A DNA stretch of 64,000 nucleotides. Source: Candidatus Hermodarchaeota archaeon (GTDB taxonomy: Archaea; Asgardarchaeota; Hermodarchaeia; Hermodarchaeales; Hermodarchaeaceae). Of this stretch, positions 37,685-46,343 are shown in pieces. A program made the position numbers and the translations under genes. The notes beneath the pieces were generated by a model, which ran no database searches, was not told where the DNA came from, and was given only the letters and a program-made list of their open reading frames with translations. The DNA lies in contig JAEOTB010000010.1 in the NCBI GenBank assembly GCA_016840065.1, forward strand, positions 12,342 through 76,341. Direction: 5' to 3'. How positions within the stretch are numbered: the stretch's first letter is position 1; every line of letters begins with the position of its first letter.

Positions 37685-37846
37685 ATAGAGTCTATGCGGA
37701 ACGTAAGGGAGTAGAACCTCTCGTGCGTGTTACACGTCCCAGCAATGACAGCCATTTACAAAGACTTAATTTGTTGTATTCTAATTAACTTATGTCGAAA
37801 AGATAATAAGCCTCTCTTTAGCTGGAGGAAACTGGAAGCTAATAAA

Positions 37847-38458
37847 ATGTCAGCAATAAGACGATTTAAGCAATGGCTCGGAGGCAAGCCTTCACTCAAA
37901 CAACTTATCTTTAGACTTGATGTTTTCTGTCGGAAATTAGATTTGCAGCGGAAGATGTTAGAGAAGGAGGCTAGTAAGAGTCGTCAGAAGGCGAAGAGGT
38001 ATCGGCTTCAGGGTAACATGGATGCTGTTCGTCTTTATCTACAGCATCATTTGCGTTTTCAGAAATGGGCTCTTTCTGTTGACGCATATCGCTTACGTAT
38101 TGAAGGGTTACAAACCCAGTTACGACAGAGCGAGGCAATGGGAGACCTTGCGAAGATTCTTGGCCAGCTAAACGCTGCTTTGGGTGGATTGAAAACCCAG
38201 GTCAAGGTGCCCGAAGTTGCCCAATTGGTGGATCAGATTGAAGGGAACCTTCGACACTTTGAAATGACCCAAGAGATTGCTGATACGGGTATGGAACGTA
38301 TGTCGGTTTCAACTGAAGTTACTGATGGTGAAGTTAGCCAGGCATTAACTGATCTTGACCAAGAAATCGAAGTAGAAACTGGTACAGCACTTCCACAGCC
38401 AGAACAGCGAGTTTCACAATTAGAAGAAGAGATTAGGAGACTAAAGGAGGAAAGCTAG
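37847..38458 (+). CDS. ESCRT-III (Snf7 family) protein, tentatively Vps2/24/46-like
   Basis: Basic N-terminal helical hairpin (RKLDLQRKMLEKEASKSRQKAKRYRLQGNMDAVRLYLQ) and an acidic C-terminus ending in the amphipathic helix QLEEEIRRLKEE. Start set at ATG 37847. Confidence 0.8.
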   Translation: MSAIRRFKQWLGGKPSLKQLIFRLDVFCRKLDLQRKMLEKEASKSRQKAKRYRLQGNMDAVRLYLQHHLRFQKWALSVDAYRLRIEGLQTQLRQSEAMGDLAKILGQLNAALGGLKTQVKVPEVAQLVDQIEGNLRHFEMTQEIADTGMERMSVSTEVTDGEVSQALTDLDQEIEVETGTALPQPEQRVSQLEEEIRRLKEES

Positions 38459-39115
38459 ATGGCAAAAGGAAGATTTAGCTCTCTCTGGGAGAGACTTTTC
38501 CCAAGGAAGCCTGAGCCAAAGGAAGACACTGTAGCTCGTATTCATCGTGTCGTCGATTTACTTGAGGTTCGCGGTCGGCAATACGAGACAAAAGCAAAGG
38601 ATTCTCGGGTCAAGGCGATTCGTTATGTGAAACGCGGAGACCGGAAAGCGGCAAAGCTTCAGCTTAGGAGGCGTTCAAGATACCTCCGAAAAGCTAGACT
38701 GGTTGAACAAGAAATCGACCTAATGGAGCGAGGAGTCGAAGCAATCGAGCAAGCCAAAGGCGAAGCAGAAGTCATGGGAGCGCTTCGCGGTATCGGAGCC
38801 ACCCTCGAACAGCTACGTGAAACTGCGTCACCTGAATCTGCCCGGGAAACCATCCTAGAAACCCAAGCACTGATTGAGGAAGCAGAGTCAACAGAAGAAA
38901 TTCTTGGTCTTGGCTTAGACGACGAAGAGTTGGATGCAGATGTCGAAGCAGAGCTGGAAGACATCGAGACATTAGTCGCTCTTGAAGAAGCAGGACAACT
39001 ACCTACAGTTCCTGTAGGCGAGTCAGAGACTACAACAGGAGAACTAACGTCAGAGGAACGACGTGAGCGTACCCGCAAAGAACTTGATCGCCTTAGGAAG
39101 GAATTAGAAGAATAA
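38459..39115 (+). CDS. ESCRT-III (Snf7 family) protein, tentatively Vps20/32/60-like
   Basis: The ATG directly abuts the preceding stop. Basic hairpin (KAIRYVKRGDRKAAKLQLRRRSRYLRKA), acidic DDEELDADVEAELEDIE block, and a C-terminal RKELDRLRKELEE MIM-like helix. Confidence 0.85.
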   Translation: MAKGRFSSLWERLFPRKPEPKEDTVARIHRVVDLLEVRGRQYETKAKDSRVKAIRYVKRGDRKAAKLQLRRRSRYLRKARLVEQEIDLMERGVEAIEQAKGEAEVMGALRGIGATLEQLRETASPESARETILETQALIEEAESTEEILGLGLDDEELDADVEAELEDIETLVALEEAGQLPTVPVGESETTTGELTSEERRERTRKELDRLRKELEE

Positions 39116-39162
39116 TCGGTCGGAGCCAACCTGAATCGTCAGTCTTGTTGCCTGAGCCTTCA

Positions 39163-40659
39163 TTAAAGGAAGGATTCATCAGTTACAGAGTGTTCTCCAG
39201 TGGCTTCACTTATTCTAGTTTCAACAAGATAAAGCTCCCGGCTCAATGAACGATATTGCTTGAAGAAACTTTCGTTAGAGATTTTTCCTTCATCGAATTG
39301 CCGCTTCAATAACTTCAACGTAGCTTGGAGGCTATACTTCTGTTGCCGTAACTGAAAGATATGGTCGTGGGTGAGCGGACCCACCTTGCTTCTAGAAGGG
39401 GGGTAGAGTGTAGGTGTATGGCTTTGCGGTGAAGTAGGATGAGGGCGCCGAATCGAGGGAACTGAGGGGAGATCATTGGTAACTGCCTGATCTATTAGTT
39501 TATCTAGCGCATTGCGTAGCGCCATAATATCCACTTTCAGTTCTGTCACTCGTATAGATCCCTTTATAGTAACAAGACTGTGTTCGCTGAAATTCTGGGC
39601 TAAAGTAATGGTCTTTGAAATCTCCTGGAGTGTTTCAGAAGACCCCCGAAGCCTTAATTCCTCATCATCAGTAATGACAATAAGTCTTCGGCGGAGGCGC
39701 CCCTCCTCTCTTATACCAGTAATCGCTGGCAGAGGTAGAGAACGAATCACAGATGTGTCACGCTTAATCAAACCGGTTTGACCTAGAAACAGGAGTCGTC
39801 GGGTTGTCACGAAAAGAGTGCCTTGGCTCATCCTTTTTCCTGTCTCTGTTTTACCCAGACTGATAGAGGGAATTGCAGCAACAGCCTTTTCCTCTTCACC
39901 GATGTCAAGGTGATCAGAGTATTTAGTAAATATCGTGTGCCAGCGCTGCAGAGGTTGTAGGTCTTGTTCGATTGTCTCTAACACATCTTTTAATTCCTTA
40001 ACTAGCTCTATGCAATACGTTTCGTAATCGTCGATGTCCTCTTGGATGCCCTCTATTAGTCCTGCTAGAAGTGGAAAATCTGAAACCTGCCATTTTTCTG
40101 GATGGATGAATCTTGCTTTGCTTGCTCTGTGTCGTTCAACTATCTTTTGAGCTCGAAATAATATTCGTTCATTTACTGCTGGAATAGCTTTCGTGATAAG
40201 TTCCAGTAAATTCTTCTCTATCTCAGGATTGTGGAGAAAACCGCCTGTACGAAGCTCTCTAATCTGCCACCGTACTGTTCTCAAGCGGGTAGCAAACCCT
40301 GTTAGTAATTCATGTCCCACTCGAAGCTCATAGTAAGCTGTGCGAAATCGGCTAACTAGGTTCTGCCGCATGTTGTGTATTGGTGTCACGTTGTCTGAAT
40401 TGCAGTTAACACATAGGTTCTCACGGCGGGTTGCAAGTTGTGCTGGCTCTCCGCATTCTCTGCAAACTGTCCCCTCATCAGTTTGCTCAATGGCACTAGG
40501 ACCACACCGACTACAGGTATCGAATTCACTTACTTTGTGTCGAGAACATTTAACGCAGAAAACATAACCACAATCCATGCAGCACCGCTCAACTACACGG
40601 ATGCGGCACACGGGACACAACGAATTGTTACTTTGTGGTCCTTGTTTTGGTAGGGACAT
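39163..40659 (-). CDS. Multi-zinc-ribbon protein with a PH/GRAM-like domain and a SHOCT-like C-terminus
   Basis: The first 90 aa carry seven CxxC pairs. The central block GTLFVTTRRLLFLGQTG...LPLPAITGIREEG...LIVITDDEE resembles GRAM/GLUE/bacterial-PH beta-sandwich signatures. The C-terminal LKRQFDEGKISNESFFKQYRSL is SHOCT-like. Confidence 0.5.
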   Translation of the reverse strand: MSLPKQGPQSNNSLCPVCRIRVVERCCMDCGYVFCVKCSRHKVSEFDTCSRCGPSAIEQTDEGTVCRECGEPAQLATRRENLCVNCNSDNVTPIHNMRQNLVSRFRTAYYELRVGHELLTGFATRLRTVRWQIRELRTGGFLHNPEIEKNLLELITKAIPAVNERILFRAQKIVERHRASKARFIHPEKWQVSDFPLLAGLIEGIQEDIDDYETYCIELVKELKDVLETIEQDLQPLQRWHTIFTKYSDHLDIGEEEKAVAAIPSISLGKTETGKRMSQGTLFVTTRRLLFLGQTGLIKRDTSVIRSLPLPAITGIREEGRLRRRLIVITDDEELRLRGSSETLQEISKTITLAQNFSEHSLVTIKGSIRVTELKVDIMALRNALDKLIDQAVTNDLPSVPSIRRPHPTSPQSHTPTLYPPSRSKVGPLTHDHIFQLRQQKYSLQATLKLLKRQFDEGKISNESFFKQYRSLSRELYLVETRISEATGEHSVTDESFL

Positions 40660-40729
40660 GGTTCAACGTCAATGGAGTTGTAGAAATAGTTTTCGTGAGA
40701 CTACGAGACGCCTACAGAATGCAAAGAGG

Positions 40730-41479
40730 TCAGGTCTCGGGGCGACGAGAAGAAGATTGAGGGCGCCTAATAAGGAAGCTCTCTAACCCGCGGGGAGATG
40801 GAAAATCAATTAATAAAATCCTCTTGCGAAGAGGTAAAGCTACATTGAAGATAGGTGTTGTTCCCACTAGACCTTGTTTTAACCCTTGGTGAGCGTGACC
40901 ATGAACAGCCAAGGTTGGATTGTGCTTCTTGAGTAGTGCTTCAACGCGGCGGGACCCCATCTGGGGAAGTGCACGTCTCATTTCACCACTGAGAGTCTTG
41001 AAAGATGGAGAATAATGCGAGAGAAGAATAGTGTGTTCAGCTTCGGAACTTGCTTTAGCGAGGAGTGTATCCAATGTTTTTACACGTCTAGTGTAACGAT
41101 TACGGATTCCTTTCACATATCTAGACTGCCAGAAGGTCGGCTGATCAAGAACACCTCTCGTGCCCACAATCGCTACCCGCTCCGCGTTTAATGAGGTGAT
41201 TCTCATCTCGTCATCTAGAAAGGTGATGACATCTTTAGTTCTCCTCCGTAATTCATCTTTTATTGTATCGTACTCGTCATTACCAAAAACTGCAAATATT
41301 GGGCAGTTTAGCTCTGCCAGAAGTTCTGTTAAAGGGTTTATGGCATCGACGTTACCACGATTTACCAAATCGCCTGCCAGTAATAACAATGATGGACTAC
41401 TAGATAGTTGGTTCAGGGACTTAACAAAGGATTCCCTGAATCGGGGCCAGTGTATGTCGCTTGTTGCGGCGAGATGCAA
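40730..41479 (-). CDS. Calcineurin-like metallophosphoesterase
   Basis: Motifs SDIH, LLLAGDLVNRG, VFGNDEY and GHAHQG. Confidence 0.8.
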   Translation of the reverse strand: MHLAATSDIHWPRFRESFVKSLNQLSSSPSLLLLAGDLVNRGNVDAINPLTELLAELNCPIFAVFGNDEYDTIKDELRRRTKDVITFLDDEMRITSLNAERVAIVGTRGVLDQPTFWQSRYVKGIRNRYTRRVKTLDTLLAKASSEAEHTILLSHYSPSFKTLSGEMRRALPQMGSRRVEALLKKHNPTLAVHGHAHQGLKQGLVGTTPIFNVALPLRKRILLIDFPSPRGLESFLIRRPQSSSRRPET

Positions 41480-41503
41480 GTGTTTTTCCTCTTTAATTAA
41501 GTG

Positions 41504-42430
41504 TTAAAGGGCAGCAAAGATGAAATTTATTAGACCTAGGAAAGCACCGAGTTTATCAGCTAGGCTAGCGCGGGAGGCATTTTTCCTCGGATTTCGCAAG
41601 ATTAGGATGGCAGAGGCAGCAACACAAATGGTTCCTGGGACGAGTAGAATTATGTAAAGGGGACCGGTCCAAGGTAAACCAAACCACGTCCACCCAACCC
41701 AATTCACGAGATATGGCAATAGGAAGCCTGAAACACCAATTACATTGAATACAGCAGCAATTCTTGCAGCTGTACGTACCCCATATTTCCGCGCAAGAGT
41801 TTGTACATCGCGTAGCTCATCACCCTCAATGTCTTCTATCCCCTTTATCGCTTCTCGACCTTGAAGGACACTGGCAGCAGTAATGAAGTAAATCCAAATG
41901 ACTGGAGGTATTAAAGGAGAAGTGATAAGTGCGCCATAGAATAAGCCAAAGGCGAAGCTAACAGAAACAGCGAAATTACCCAAGAGACCCATTACCTTTC
42001 CCTTTGCGGCATAGAGTAGGCCAACAAGGCAGAAGAGGGCGGCAATTGCTAATGTCCAAACCTCAACAGCGGACAGAGATATTGTAAAGAAGGAAAAAAG
42101 AAGACCAAAGAAGACAAGAATAACTGTCCATACTTTGGCTTGCCGAATCGACATTTCCCCACTTGGGAGTGGGCGGGTGGGTCGGTTTACCTTGTCAATT
42201 TCAAGATCGTAAATGTCGTTTACGACATTCCCTGCAGCGGCAATGCACAGATAGGTTATCGAGGCTAGAAGTAAAATCCACCCTAATGGTGTTGTAAATA
42301 AGTGGGTCAGGTCAAAATAACCGGTGCCAGTTGTAAATCTGTAGCTTGTCAGAACTCCAATTATAACGGTAAGGGCTCCGACGAAAGTGTTTCCTGGACG
42401 TGTGATGGTGATGAATGCCTTCAGAGACAT
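41504..42430 (-). CDS. UbiA-family prenyltransferase (digeranylgeranylglyceryl phosphate synthase-like)
   Basis: NVVNDIYDLEIDKVNRPTRPLPSG motif, about 8 TM helices, and a second Asp-rich region. Confidence 0.8.
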   Translation of the reverse strand: MSLKAFITITRPGNTFVGALTVIIGVLTSYRFTTGTGYFDLTHLFTTPLGWILLLASITYLCIAAAGNVVNDIYDLEIDKVNRPTRPLPSGEMSIRQAKVWTVILVFFGLLFSFFTISLSAVEVWTLAIAALFCLVGLLYAAKGKVMGLLGNFAVSVSFAFGLFYGALITSPLIPPVIWIYFITAASVLQGREAIKGIEDIEGDELRDVQTLARKYGVRTAARIAAVFNVIGVSGFLLPYLVNWVGWTWFGLPWTGPLYIILLVPGTICVAASAILILRNPRKNASRASLADKLGAFLGLINFIFAAL

Positions 42431-42606
42431 GGAATATTGCCTCGGTTACTGTTTCTGTTGTGTCTCTTGTTATAAATAGACATTACGTTTAGTACAAGGT
42501 CAAGGAATAGTTTCGATGAACACCCCTTTCGTTGTCTGTCTACCATAATTTCTTGTCATGAATACCCAATTAAAGGTAGTCTAACCTGGAAAAGACTGGG
42601 TTTTGC

Positions 42607-43584
42607 ATGGAGTCCGATGGAGCACCTCACATTATTCGGGAGCTCCCTAGTTTAAAGAGCCAGATAAAACTCGGTTATACGATAAAAGGGAGCGAGGCAC
42701 ACCCTTTCAATCTCATGCTGAAGGATTTCCGTAACCTAGTAATTTTGGGTGAACATGCTAAGGATATCTACTACCTTTTCTTAAGTCAGCTCTGTGACCA
42801 ACTTCAGTTACCAATTGTAGTTCTCAAAGAAAAAAATGAAGATGACCTTGAGAGCTTGATTTGTGAGATTCCAATCTGGCATCTAGACACTGAAGTCAGT
42901 CAGTTAATCCTAAATCCATTAGATTTAGGAGACAAGGCCACACCTATTCACGCCCACATCCTAGCCAGCATACTCTCGCATACTTACAAATTATCCCTTA
43001 AAGCACAGAAGCTTCTCCAAGTTGCGATATGGAGTACCATCAAAACTAGTCCAAAGCCGTCACTCCAAGAACTTCGCCAAAGCCTTCAATATTTTGAAGA
43101 ACATGAAGCTACTCACAACGAACTACATTACTTGCTAGAGGCTCTTGACAAAGCCAACATCTTTGGTTCCTTCGACAATGTATCACTCGGTCGGTTTCAC
43201 TCTGTACCAACAATCCTCTCAGTGCCAAGAAATAGTAGAGGCCGCCTCGTAGCAAATCTACTTCTATTGAAGCTCCTTGCGGGTCAAGTTTTAGCTCTGC
43301 CCCCTCTGGTAATCTTCGATCTTCCCCTTGATACTCTTCTTATCGAATTACTCTTCAGGAGTTATGCGACTAGCGGTGATTTTCTCCTCTTTCTTGATTC
43401 AAAGGGGAGGTTCCCTCAACTAGAATCACAGATTCCCTATAATTTAATTTTCTCAGCTTTGAGTGAATCCTCCACTTTTTGCAGGCAATTATCAACAAAA
43501 GAACGTGACATTCTCCAAAGCCATCATGATTTAGTCGCTGTGAAACTATTCAACAAACCCCTACAGCTAGTAAATGTATTCTAA
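42607..43584 (+). CDS. Hypothetical protein, possibly a degenerate HerA/VirB4-like ATPase fold
   Basis: 325 aa. FRNLVILGEHAKDIYYL occupies the position where HerA-like proteins carry the Walker A loop, but no GxxGxGK[ST] is present. This is a weak, inference-only call. Confidence 0.35.
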   Translation: MESDGAPHIIRELPSLKSQIKLGYTIKGSEAHPFNLMLKDFRNLVILGEHAKDIYYLFLSQLCDQLQLPIVVLKEKNEDDLESLICEIPIWHLDTEVSQLILNPLDLGDKATPIHAHILASILSHTYKLSLKAQKLLQVAIWSTIKTSPKPSLQELRQSLQYFEEHEATHNELHYLLEALDKANIFGSFDNVSLGRFHSVPTILSVPRNSRGRLVANLLLLKLLAGQVLALPPLVIFDLPLDTLLIELLFRSYATSGDFLLFLDSKGRFPQLESQIPYNLIFSALSESSTFCRQLSTKERDILQSHHDLVAVKLFNKPLQLVNVF

Positions 43585-43640
43585 GCTGGATTTGGGCGAA
43601 TATTTATCTAGTAATCCTATCTTGGAAAATAACGGTTGCA

Positions 43641-43841
43641 TTAGACGAGTTTCTGTAATTTCTCATCAACTCGAGCTATTTGATCCTTATCACCGAGGCG
43701 CACATACATATCTCTTGCCTGTGTATAGAGCTCCTTCGCCTTTTCTATCTCACCAATGCTCGCGTGATGATCTGCTAGCTCCTCAAGGTATGCAGCCTTT
43801 TTCTGGAAATATCCGCTAATCTGATCACTTGGCTTCGACAT
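43641..43841 (-). CDS. Small helical-hairpin (TPR/MIT-like) protein
   Basis: 66-aa ORF with two amphipathic helices (AAYLEELADHHASIGEIEKAKELYTQARDMYVRLGD). Confidence 0.35.
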   Translation of the reverse strand: MSKPSDQISGYFQKKAAYLEELADHHASIGEIEKAKELYTQARDMYVRLGDKDQIARVDEKLQKLV

Positions 43842-43901
43842 AGGTTTTCAATAATCACTTTCGCAGAATTGCATATTAAGCTAGTGATGCATCTACTCAG
43901 T

Positions 43902-45263
43902 CTAAGGAACAAGACGTGTACGATCACGAGGGAAGAGACAGGTTTCTCGGATATTCTTGTAACCGAGCATCTGCATCGTTAGACGTTCCACACCAACAGC
44001 AAGCCCCCCGTGCGGCGGGGCACCATATTTGAAAGGCTCGATATAGAAAGCAAAGGTTTTGGGGTCAAGACCAGCTTCCTTCAGTTTATCTACAAGCATA
44101 TCATATTGGTGAATTCGTTGACCGCCAGTTGTAATCTCCATTCCTCGATAGACGAGATCAAATCCTCGAGTAAGGGTGGGATCAGAATCTAGCGGCATCG
44201 TATAGAAGGGACGAATTGAAGCAGGATAGCGGGTTAGGAAATAGAAATCCTCTCCAGTCTCTCGTTTTACATATTGATGCAGCATCTCTTCGCCTTCACT
44301 GGAAATATCAATATCAGAGAGTATTTTCAGCCCCTCACTCCTCAAAATTTTCACAGCCTCTTCTATTTCGATTCGTCGAATCGGGAGGCGTGGTGTCTGA
44401 ATGTCTACGCCAAGTTCTTTCAGCTCTTCTGAACAATACTTCTGTACGGCTGTAAAGGTTGATTTCAGCATTTTTTCTTCCATTTGCATGACGTCTTCTT
44501 CGTTACGAATCCAAGCCATTTCGAAATCAAAGCTAGTGTACTCGTTCAGATGGCGTGGAGTATTGTGTTTCTCTGCACGATACACCGGTGCTACTTCATA
44601 GACCCTGTCGAAGCCACCTACAAGGCATAGCTGTTTATAGAATTGAGGGCTTTGGGCTAGGAAGGCCTCTCTTTCAAAGTATTTAACGGAGAACAGGTCG
44701 GCTCCTCCTTCAGTCGCTGTTGCAACAATTTTCGGTGTATGAATCTCTCGAAACCCCTTGGTTTCTAGGAAGCGTCGCATCCGCGAGATTGTAAAATGTT
44801 GGATCTTGAAGAGCAATTGGTTTTCATGGCGGCGCAGATCAATAACTCGGTGGTCAAGTCTGGTGTCTATATCCGCCTTGGTCTTTCCTGATATATCTAG
44901 AGGCAGAGTAGCAGGTGCGTGGTTTATGATAACTATGCGTTCAGGTACAATTTCGACACCCCGTCGTGCTTGTTCCTCTCTTTTTACCCGTCCTACAATT
45001 GCTACAGCATATTCGTTGTCTAGTTTCTCCAAGATTTCCAGTAATTGTGGGTCTGTCCGTTTGTGATGTAAGATACACTGGGTGAGTCCTTCCCGGTCTC
45101 GTATAATTAAGAAGCTAAGCTTCCCGAGTGGTCGGATACGCTGAACGTGTCCCATTATTGTTACACGTCGACCTTCCATTTCAGGCTTCAATTGAGAGGA
45201 GTAGTGGGTTCGGTTAAGCCTACCGAGGGGATTAGCAGGGCTAATAGTTCGTGAAGGGGTCAT
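43902..45263 (-). CDS. aspS: Aspartyl-tRNA synthetase (archaeal type)
   Basis: N-terminal OB fold, [40 protein letters not shown] and GLAVGVERL motifs. Confidence 0.9.
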   Translation of the reverse strand: MTPSRTISPANPLGRLNRTHYSSQLKPEMEGRRVTIMGHVQRIRPLGKLSFLIIRDREGLTQCILHHKRTDPQLLEILEKLDNEYAVAIVGRVKREEQARRGVEIVPERIVIINHAPATLPLDISGKTKADIDTRLDHRVIDLRRHENQLLFKIQHFTISRMRRFLETKGFREIHTPKIVATATEGGADLFSVKYFEREAFLAQSPQFYKQLCLVGGFDRVYEVAPVYRAEKHNTPRHLNEYTSFDFEMAWIRNEEDVMQMEEKMLKSTFTAVQKYCSEELKELGVDIQTPRLPIRRIEIEEAVKILRSEGLKILSDIDISSEGEEMLHQYVKRETGEDFYFLTRYPASIRPFYTMPLDSDPTLTRGFDLVYRGMEITTGGQRIHQYDMLVDKLKEAGLDPKTFAFYIEPFKYGAPPHGGLAVGVERLTMQMLGYKNIRETCLFPRDRTRLVP

Positions 45264-45312
45264 CGAGAAACGCCTCGCCCTTTCCTAAGCTAATGGCGAC
45301 TTAAACTTTTAG

Positions 45313-45891
45313 CTAAAGACCAATTAAGCGGCGCAGTTCCTTCATAATTTTATCAATCGCTGGAGTATTCAGGGCTGCAACCGCTTTCTCGGCAGGCTCG
45401 ATGAAGTCTTTGAATAGGGATTTAGGAGAACGACCTGCTTGAACCAACTGAAGAGCATGAAGAACATTGGCCAGCCGATCAGCCGCCTCAACTATGAGGG
45501 CTTCTCGACTCGACTGCCCCTGATAATCTTTCCACGCCTCTTCAAGGGGAGGACGAAGCTTTGAGGGGAGTTCACCAATAAGAGAAGACATTACTTGGTT
45601 TTCTGCTTCCCTTTTCACATCAAAAAATTCTTGGAGTTCCTCTGTTGGGTCACGCGGAATATCTCCTAGACGAGATTCTGGTAGGTCATGGAACATCGCC
45701 ATCAAGAATATCCTTTCGATATCTACCTTTTCACCAGTTAATCTGGCTAGAAGATAGGCAATGACTGTTACTGAATGAGAGTGAGCAGCTACATTTTCCG
45801 CAGTAGCTGATGGAATACCACGTAGCAACCAGCCAACTCTTAGAACCCATTTTAGATTATCAGCAGCCTGTAAGAAATCAAGTATACCCAT
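45313..45891 (-). CDS. HD-domain phosphohydrolase (YfbR-like 5'-nucleotidase family)
   Basis: ENVAAHSHSV and FHDLPESRLGDI metal-ligand motifs. Confidence 0.8.
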   Translation of the reverse strand: MGILDFLQAADNLKWVLRVGWLLRGIPSATAENVAAHSHSVTVIAYLLARLTGEKVDIERIFLMAMFHDLPESRLGDIPRDPTEELQEFFDVKREAENQVMSSLIGELPSKLRPPLEEAWKDYQGQSSREALIVEAADRLANVLHALQLVQAGRSPKSLFKDFIEPAEKAVAALNTPAIDKIMKELRRLIGL

Positions 45892-45914
45892 TTGAAAACA
45901 CCAACTAGTTACGA

Positions 45915-46307
45915 TTATTTAAAGAGCTTTGATATTTCTCTACCAAAATGCCTAAACACTGAAACAGTATGTCCAAGTGCTTCAATTTTAACCCCTGCGC
46001 CAATCAGAACAAGTGGCCCAGCGTCAGTAACAATGATATAGCCCTTTTCTCCCCGAACAATGAGTTCGTATAATGGATCAAATTTCAACTTGGTAGCTGC
46101 TTCGACTCCAGTCTGTAATAAGACTGCTGAAATTGCCGACATCAAGTCTGGGTCGATATCCACTCCTTTTGTTGCGCTATAGGCAACACGCCGTCCACCT
46201 TTCGTGACTGCAGCTAGGGTCTCTAACTCGGTGAATTGGGTAATCTCCCGCAGCATCAATACTAGTTGCTGTGCTTCGTTCTCGCCCATCACAAACGGTT
46301 GCAACAA
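45915..46307 (-). CDS. Roadblock/LC7 (MglB-like) domain protein
   Basis: About 125-130 aa with an alpha-beta-alpha pattern (LETLAAVTKGGRRVAYS...YIIVTDAGPLVLIGAG) typical of the Roadblock/LC7 family. Start is uncertain (TTG 46307 or ATG 46289). Confidence 0.65.
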   Translation of the reverse strand: MLQPFVMGENEAQQLVLMLREITQFTELETLAAVTKGGRRVAYSATKGVDIDPDLMSAISAVLLQTGVEAATKLKFDPLYELIVRGEKGYIIVTDAGPLVLIGAGVKIEALGHTVSVFRHFGREISKLFK

Positions 46308-46343
46308 TTTTCCCTCTTTGATGTTAATCTATACCTGCAAGCC

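Noticed and set aside
37573-37755. 60-aa minus-strand ORF upstream of and overlapping the Vps4 start
   Set aside because: It is probably not a gene. It exists because of the 22-nt duplication of the Vps4 start region, which is reported instead as a repeat finding.
38659-39129. 156-aa ORF antisense to the second ESCRT-III gene
   Set aside because: Its Ser-rich low-complexity product is the mirror of the acidic, charged Snf7 C-terminus. The sense ORF has a clear Snf7 architecture.
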